A DNA stretch of 21,126 nucleotides from a candidate division WOR-3 bacterium (GTDB lineage Bacteria > Hydrothermota > Tepidihabitantia > Tepidihabitantales > DTDR01), in assembly GCA_039801885.1 (NCBI GenBank), contig JBDRVN010000028.1, forward strand, positions 1-21,126, read 5' to 3'. The notes below the pieces were generated by a model, which was given only the letters and a program-made list of their open reading frames with translations, was not told the origin of the DNA and searched no databases. The translations under genes and the position numbers were made by a program. Below are positions 17,143 to 21,126 of the stretch, piece after piece. The stretch's first letter is position 1; the number at the start of each line of letters is the position of its first letter.

Positions 17143-17844
17143 ATGAAAAATAATGAAATAAAAAGAAGAATGGAAAATTATGAAAGAATAATCAAAGAAA
17201 TTTTAGGAGCTTTTAGTAGATTAGAATTTCATATTATCGTGGAAACTACTATCCATAAGAAAATAATTCCTATTAATAGAAATGACGAAAAAGATAAAAA
17301 ATTATTAGAAGATATAAAAATAATTGTTAATGATTTTGCTAAACAATATCATACCACACCTATTACTTTTGGACTCTATAAATCCTTAATCAAATCCCCT
17401 AATCCAAAAAGTTTCCGCAATAATGAAGTAGGAATATTTGCTGATAAAATACTACCTTCTTTTTTCGAAAAAAATAAAGACAAACTTAAGATAATTAAAT
17501 CTTTAGAAAGACCGCCATTAATGGGTTATCCTGACGAAAAAATTGCTGACAAATTTGGAAGGATTACTTATTTAGAGGTAAAAGCGACTTCCCGAAGAGA
17601 CATTGGTTCACCAAGAGATTTCTTTTTTTCTCCTTTAAAAAATTCAAAGAAAAAAATTACTGATGATGGGCATCATTTACTACTCTGTTTTGATACCTTC
17701 GAACAAAAAGAGAAAGAATTTATAATTACCGGCTGGTGTTTAATTGATTTATTTAACATAAAAGTTTCAATGAAACCAGAATTTAATGCCGACAATTTGG
17801 AATTATATAAAAAGGAAAATATATTATTAGAAGTTAAATTATAA
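17143..17844 (+). CDS. Putative type II restriction endonuclease, PD-(D/E)XK fold
   Basis: NEVG...GYPD...YLEVK catalytic pattern; starts 1 nt after the methyltransferase stop. Confidence 0.7.
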   Translation: MKNNEIKRRMENYERIIKEILGAFSRLEFHIIVETTIHKKIIPINRNDEKDKKLLEDIKIIVNDFAKQYHTTPITFGLYKSLIKSPNPKSFRNNEVGIFADKILPSFFEKNKDKLKIIKSLERPPLMGYPDEKIADKFGRITYLEVKATSRRDIGSPRDFFFSPLKNSKKKITDDGHHLLLCFDTFEQKEKEFIITGWCLIDLFNIKVSMKPEFNADNLELYKKENILLEVKL

Positions 17845-17859
17845 ACAATATTTCATTCT

Positions 17860-17887
17860 TTGACATTAATTAAAAGTTTATTATATT
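17860..17887 (+). promoter_or_regulatory. Sigma70-like promoter of lgt-comF, probably leaderless
   Basis: TTGACA-N16-TATATT-N6-ATG(17894); no SD. Confidence 0.7.
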
Positions 17888-17893
17888 TTATCA

Positions 17894-18652
17894 ATGTATC
17901 CGATACTTTTAAAAATTGGTAATTTTTCTTTATATTCTTATGGTTTAATGCTTTTTATCTCTTTTATTTTGGGAATAAAATTGACCCAAAAAAGAGCAAA
18001 GAAATTTGGTGTGAAAGAAGATACGATTGTGAATTTGGCAGTTTATATACTTATTGGTGTAGTAATTGGTGCTAGGATATTATACGTATTAAATCATTGG
18101 TATGAATTTAAAAACGATTTAATTGGAATTATTGCTTTCTGGCGTGGTGGTCTTGGTGGTTTAATGTTTTTTGGCGGTTTTATCGGCGGATTTCTTTCTG
18201 GCTTAATTTATGCTAAGAAAAATAGATTACCAATTTTAAAAATGCTTGATAGTATCTCACCAGCAATTGCTTTGGGAGAAGGTTTTACAAGAATTGGCTG
18301 CTTTTTAAATGGTTGTTGTTTTGGTAAACCTTGTGAATATGGAGTTATCTTTCCACCGGACTCACCTGCCGGTTCAACCTTTTTTAATATCAAAATCCAT
18401 CCTACCCAATTATATTCCAGTCTTTTTGGTTTTATACTCTTTTTTATTATTCTGAGATTAGAGAAAACAAAGATAATCAAAAAAGAAGGGCTTCTTTTTT
18501 CCATTTTTCTATTTTTCTATGCTCTTTTCCGATTTCTTATTGATTTGTTAAGATATTACGAAAATAAATTAAACTTTCTAACAAATCAATTAATCTCTCT
18601 TTCCTTAATGGTAATTGCTCTTATTATCTTTCTTTCTCGCCTTAAAAAATGA
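17894..18652 (+). CDS. lgt: Prolipoprotein diacylglyceryl transferase
   Basis: MYPIL..IG...YSYG, IGARILYV, RIGCFLNGCCFG, HPTQLY, RFLIDLLR; multiple TM segments. Confidence 0.93.
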   Translation: MYPILLKIGNFSLYSYGLMLFISFILGIKLTQKRAKKFGVKEDTIVNLAVYILIGVVIGARILYVLNHWYEFKNDLIGIIAFWRGGLGGLMFFGGFIGGFLSGLIYAKKNRLPILKMLDSISPAIALGEGFTRIGCFLNGCCFGKPCEYGVIFPPDSPAGSTFFNIKIHPTQLYSSLFGFILFFIILRLEKTKIIKKEGLLFSIFLFFYALFRFLIDLLRYYENKLNFLTNQLISLSLMVIALIIFLSRLKK

Positions 18653-19284
18653 TTTTAAAAATCCTAAAATCTTTCTATGATTTTTTCTTTCCGCCGCTCT
18701 GTTTTGGCTGTTTAAAAATTACTAATGGTGAAAAAATCTGTCCTTCTTGTCATCAAAAAATCTTTTCTCAACTAATAATTGTAAATAAAAAAATTAGAAC
18801 CTATGCCTTAGGTTATTTCAATATCCCTTTTAATAACCTTATCCACGAATTCAAATATCATCACCGGATATTTTTAAAAGAAACCTTTGGAAAAGCATTA
18901 AGTAATATAATAGTTAATGATTATTATTTAAAAAGTTGTGATTACTTAGTTCCGGTTCCTTTACATAAAGCAAAATTAAGAGAAAGGGGTTATAATCAAA
19001 GTGAAATTTTGGCAAAAGAGATAGGTAAAATAACAAATAAAGAAGTTTTAAACTGTCTTATTAGAAAGAAAAATACGAAAAGCCAAACAAAACTGAAAGA
19101 AGAAAGGAGAATAGAAAATGTTAAAAATGCCTTTGCTTTTAATAATAACTATAATATTGAAAATAAAAAAATAATTTTAATTGATGATGTAATGACAACC
19201 GGTGCTACTTTAAATAGTTGTGCTAAGGTATTATTAGAAAATAAAGCAAAAGAGGTGTTTGGTTTAGTGATTGCTATCGGTTAA
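18649..19284 (+). CDS. comF: ComF family protein (zinc ribbon plus phosphoribosyltransferase domain)
   Basis: FPPLCFGC...ICPSC, VPVPLH, RGYNQ, ILIDDVMTTGAT; ATGA overlap with lgt. Confidence 0.9.
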   Translation: MILKILKSFYDFFFPPLCFGCLKITNGEKICPSCHQKIFSQLIIVNKKIRTYALGYFNIPFNNLIHEFKYHHRIFLKETFGKALSNIIVNDYYLKSCDYLVPVPLHKAKLRERGYNQSEILAKEIGKITNKEVLNCLIRKKNTKSQTKLKEERRIENVKNAFAFNNNYNIENKKIILIDDVMTTGATLNSCAKVLLENKAKEVFGLVIAIG

Positions 19285-19309
19285 TAATTATAAAATCCGT
19301 TGGGAGAAT

Positions 19310-19328
19310 AGTATAGGAGATAGTATAG
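19310..19328 (+). repeat. Dispersed intergenic motif, copy C (AGTATAGGAGATAGTATAG)
   Basis: 17/19 identity to AGTATAGTAGATAGTAGAG, the reverse complement of 4610-4628. Confidence 0.55.
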
Positions 19329-19453
19329 AATTATTTTTCTTATAATAATCTTTTTGACAATTTCTTTTCTTTAGAAAAGGATAAATATTAAAAATAGAAA
19401 AAAGATAATAAAAGGGCTTTAATTTATCTATCTTTATAAAATATAAAAATTAA

Positions 19454-19536
19454 TGCCGAGGAGGGGATTTGAACCCCTACGGCTTTTCGCCAGTAGGTCC
19501 TGAACCTACCGCGTCTGCCAGTTCCGCCACCTCGGC
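19454..19536 (-). tRNA. tRNA-Leu (anticodon CAG), CCA not encoded
   Basis: Acceptor GCCGAGG/CCTCGGC plus discriminator A; D-arm TGGCGGAACTGGCAGACGC; anticodon arm GTAGG-TTCAGGA-CCTAC; variable arm GGC-GAAAA-GCC; T-arm AGGGG-TTCAAAT-CCCCT. Confidence 0.96.
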
Positions 19537-21072
19537 TTATTTTAAAATAATAACCTTTTTAAAATCAAACCCTTCTTCTCTTAGATAATAGACTCCTTTT
19601 CTTATTTTCTCTTTATTTATCTTTTGACCAAAGATATTATAAATATCGCCTTTTATACCTTTATTTAATTTTTTATTATTTATAATTTTATTTTCACTGA
19701 GATAACTAATCTGGGTATCAGGAATTGCTAAGGTAGCCAAAGTGGCAACAACCAATTTCACAACCTTACAATAATAAATGGTATCAAACCAAGAACTAGT
19801 AATTCTATCTCTCGTTGTGTGATAATCCGGGCAGAAATCGTCTTCAAAGAAATGGACAGAATTGTATCCTTGCTGATAATAAGGATAGTGGTCAGAATTT
19901 GCTTGCATATAAGTGCTTCTTCTAACATTTAAGCCAATATTATATCTTTGATTGACAACAAAGGCAGTCTCGCCAATTGCCCTTGATGTTATCCTTTGAC
20001 CAGTATAAATCTTTACCGAATCTAAATTAGAAATTTCGCAGGCAATCATATCACAATTTAGAACACCTAATATGGAATCACCTTGGGACCTTACTCTTTG
20101 GGAATGTGCCTCACTTCCGTAAAGACCAAGTTCTTCGGCATTCCAAGCGATAAATTTTATTGTGTATTTAAAGGGAATATCTTTCAGATATTTTGCGGCA
20201 ATCAAAGCAGCAAGAACACCACTGGCATTATCATCGGCACCAGGAGCATAAACCTGCGGTGACTCAGAGGTATTATCAATATGACCACCAATAATAAAAT
20301 AGATATTGGGATAAATTCTTCCTTTTTTTACACCAATAACATTGCTATCATTTCCTCGCGAATGGCTAAAAGGGTCAAAAACTACTGAATCTAAATTGAA
20401 AGATAAGAGGTTTTCATAAAACCAATAAGTTGCTCTTGAATTCTTTTGGGTTGTTGCGTAGCGGGTAGAGATTGAATCCGAATCGCCTAAAACAAAACAT
20501 TTCTTTTCACCACTTAACTGTCTAATTAATTCAGCAAGTTCACTGGGTGTTATCCTTTCAATTATCTCTTGAATTATTGGATTGGGTTGGGAGATATTTA
20601 AAATCTCCGGCTTCTTACTTTCCCAAATTATCTCATCTGATTTTGGTAAAATAATTGGTCTTAAAGATAAATAGCATAATTCAAACTCCCTTAAGGAACT
20701 TATTTTCGCTAAATCAATCTTAACTAAAAAAGTTTGACCCTCATTATAAAGAACTTCACAATAATTCTCTAAATCCTTTTTTATCAAAGATAAATCTTCA
20801 TTTTCTTTTGGGTAGTATAAAAGATAAAAGGCTTCGTTATCTTTTAATTCTATTGGATAAAGAATTTGGTAATGAAAATTAGTGAGTTTATTTAAATCCT
20901 GCTCGCTAATTTTACCGATAACCGAATAATCAAGCAAGGCAACTGGAATAAATTCTTTTAGGTTATTTAAATGATCATAATGAGAAGCCTCTTCAATTTT
21001 CACTACGACTAAATATTCCTTAGAAAAAAGAAAACTTAATAATAAAATTAAAGAAATAATTATTCTTTTCAT
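19537..21072 (-). CDS. Secreted M28 family aminopeptidase
   Basis: Signal peptide; GGHID, PGADDNASG, AEELGLYGS, NCDM, SDH, YHT motifs; SD AGGAG; short C-terminal tail IYNIFGQKI...GVYYL. Confidence 0.9.
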   Translation of the reverse strand: MKRIIISLILLLSFLFSKEYLVVVKIEEASHYDHLNNLKEFIPVALLDYSVIGKISEQDLNKLTNFHYQILYPIELKDNEAFYLLYYPKENEDLSLIKKDLENYCEVLYNEGQTFLVKIDLAKISSLREFELCYLSLRPIILPKSDEIIWESKKPEILNISQPNPIIQEIIERITPSELAELIRQLSGEKKCFVLGDSDSISTRYATTQKNSRATYWFYENLLSFNLDSVVFDPFSHSRGNDSNVIGVKKGRIYPNIYFIIGGHIDNTSESPQVYAPGADDNASGVLAALIAAKYLKDIPFKYTIKFIAWNAEELGLYGSEAHSQRVRSQGDSILGVLNCDMIACEISNLDSVKIYTGQRITSRAIGETAFVVNQRYNIGLNVRRSTYMQANSDHYPYYQQGYNSVHFFEDDFCPDYHTTRDRITSSWFDTIYYCKVVKLVVATLATLAIPDTQISYLSENKIINNKKLNKGIKGDIYNIFGQKINKEKIRKGVYYLREEGFDFKKVIILK

Positions 21073-21097
21073 CTCCTTCTCCTTTTATTAAATAATA

Positions 21098-21126
21098 ATT
21101 ATAACTTAAAATTAATTTTTTATCAA
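21098..21126 (-). promoter_or_regulatory. Putative promoter of the M28 peptidase and tRNA-Leu unit, leadered
   Basis: TTGATA-N17-TATAAT at the window edge. Confidence 0.55.

Noticed and set aside
18150..18190. Lgt reads GGLMFFGG where E. coli has GGMSFHGG
   Set aside because: Aromatic substitution here is common in Lgt homologues with the GCC motif, and the other motifs are intact; not evidence of inactivation.
5299..18504. Short ORFs at 5299, 8570, 11118, 12446, 13266, 14521, 15149, 15387, 16092 and 18208
   Set aside because: All are nested in or antisense to well-supported genes and lack motifs or initiation signals.
19285..19453. tRNA-Leu 3' end as an island integration site
   Set aside because: No duplicated tRNA 3' fragment or integrase in the window; the neighbours are housekeeping genes.
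1..21126. CRISPR array, integron attC array, retron or other RT-associated ncRNA
   Set aside because: No regularly spaced repeats and no cas, integrase or reverse transcriptase motifs were seen.

Overview
AT-rich bacterial chromosomal window made up mostly of housekeeping genes. The general style and a T9SS-like C-terminal tail suggest a diderm FCB-related lineage such as candidate WOR-3, but this is inference only. Left to right: a frameshifted IS481-family transposase running off the left edge; nfo; a Yip1-domain gene with recR and dnaX (no ybaB); a large Alu-domain SRP RNA; an orphan SsuA/THI5-type binding protein; a TPR protein; a 533-aa secreted orphan; pmbA/tldE and tldD behind an ADP-forming acyl-CoA synthetase; HU; mtnA; a putative type II R-M pair; lgt; a ComF-family gene; tRNA-Leu(CAG); and an M28 peptidase. 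The least explained signals are non-coding. (1) Eight sigma70-like promoters have a 16-bp spacer, and six of them place the ATG at the predicted start site (leaderless mRNA). (2) A ~49-bp duplicated promoter-plus-start unit brackets the orphan gene. (3) A non-palindromic 17-19-bp motif recurs in three long intergenic gaps. (4) An ECF-type promoter precedes an unannotated 40-codon ORF or sRNA upstream of dnaX. No CRISPR array or prophage was seen.
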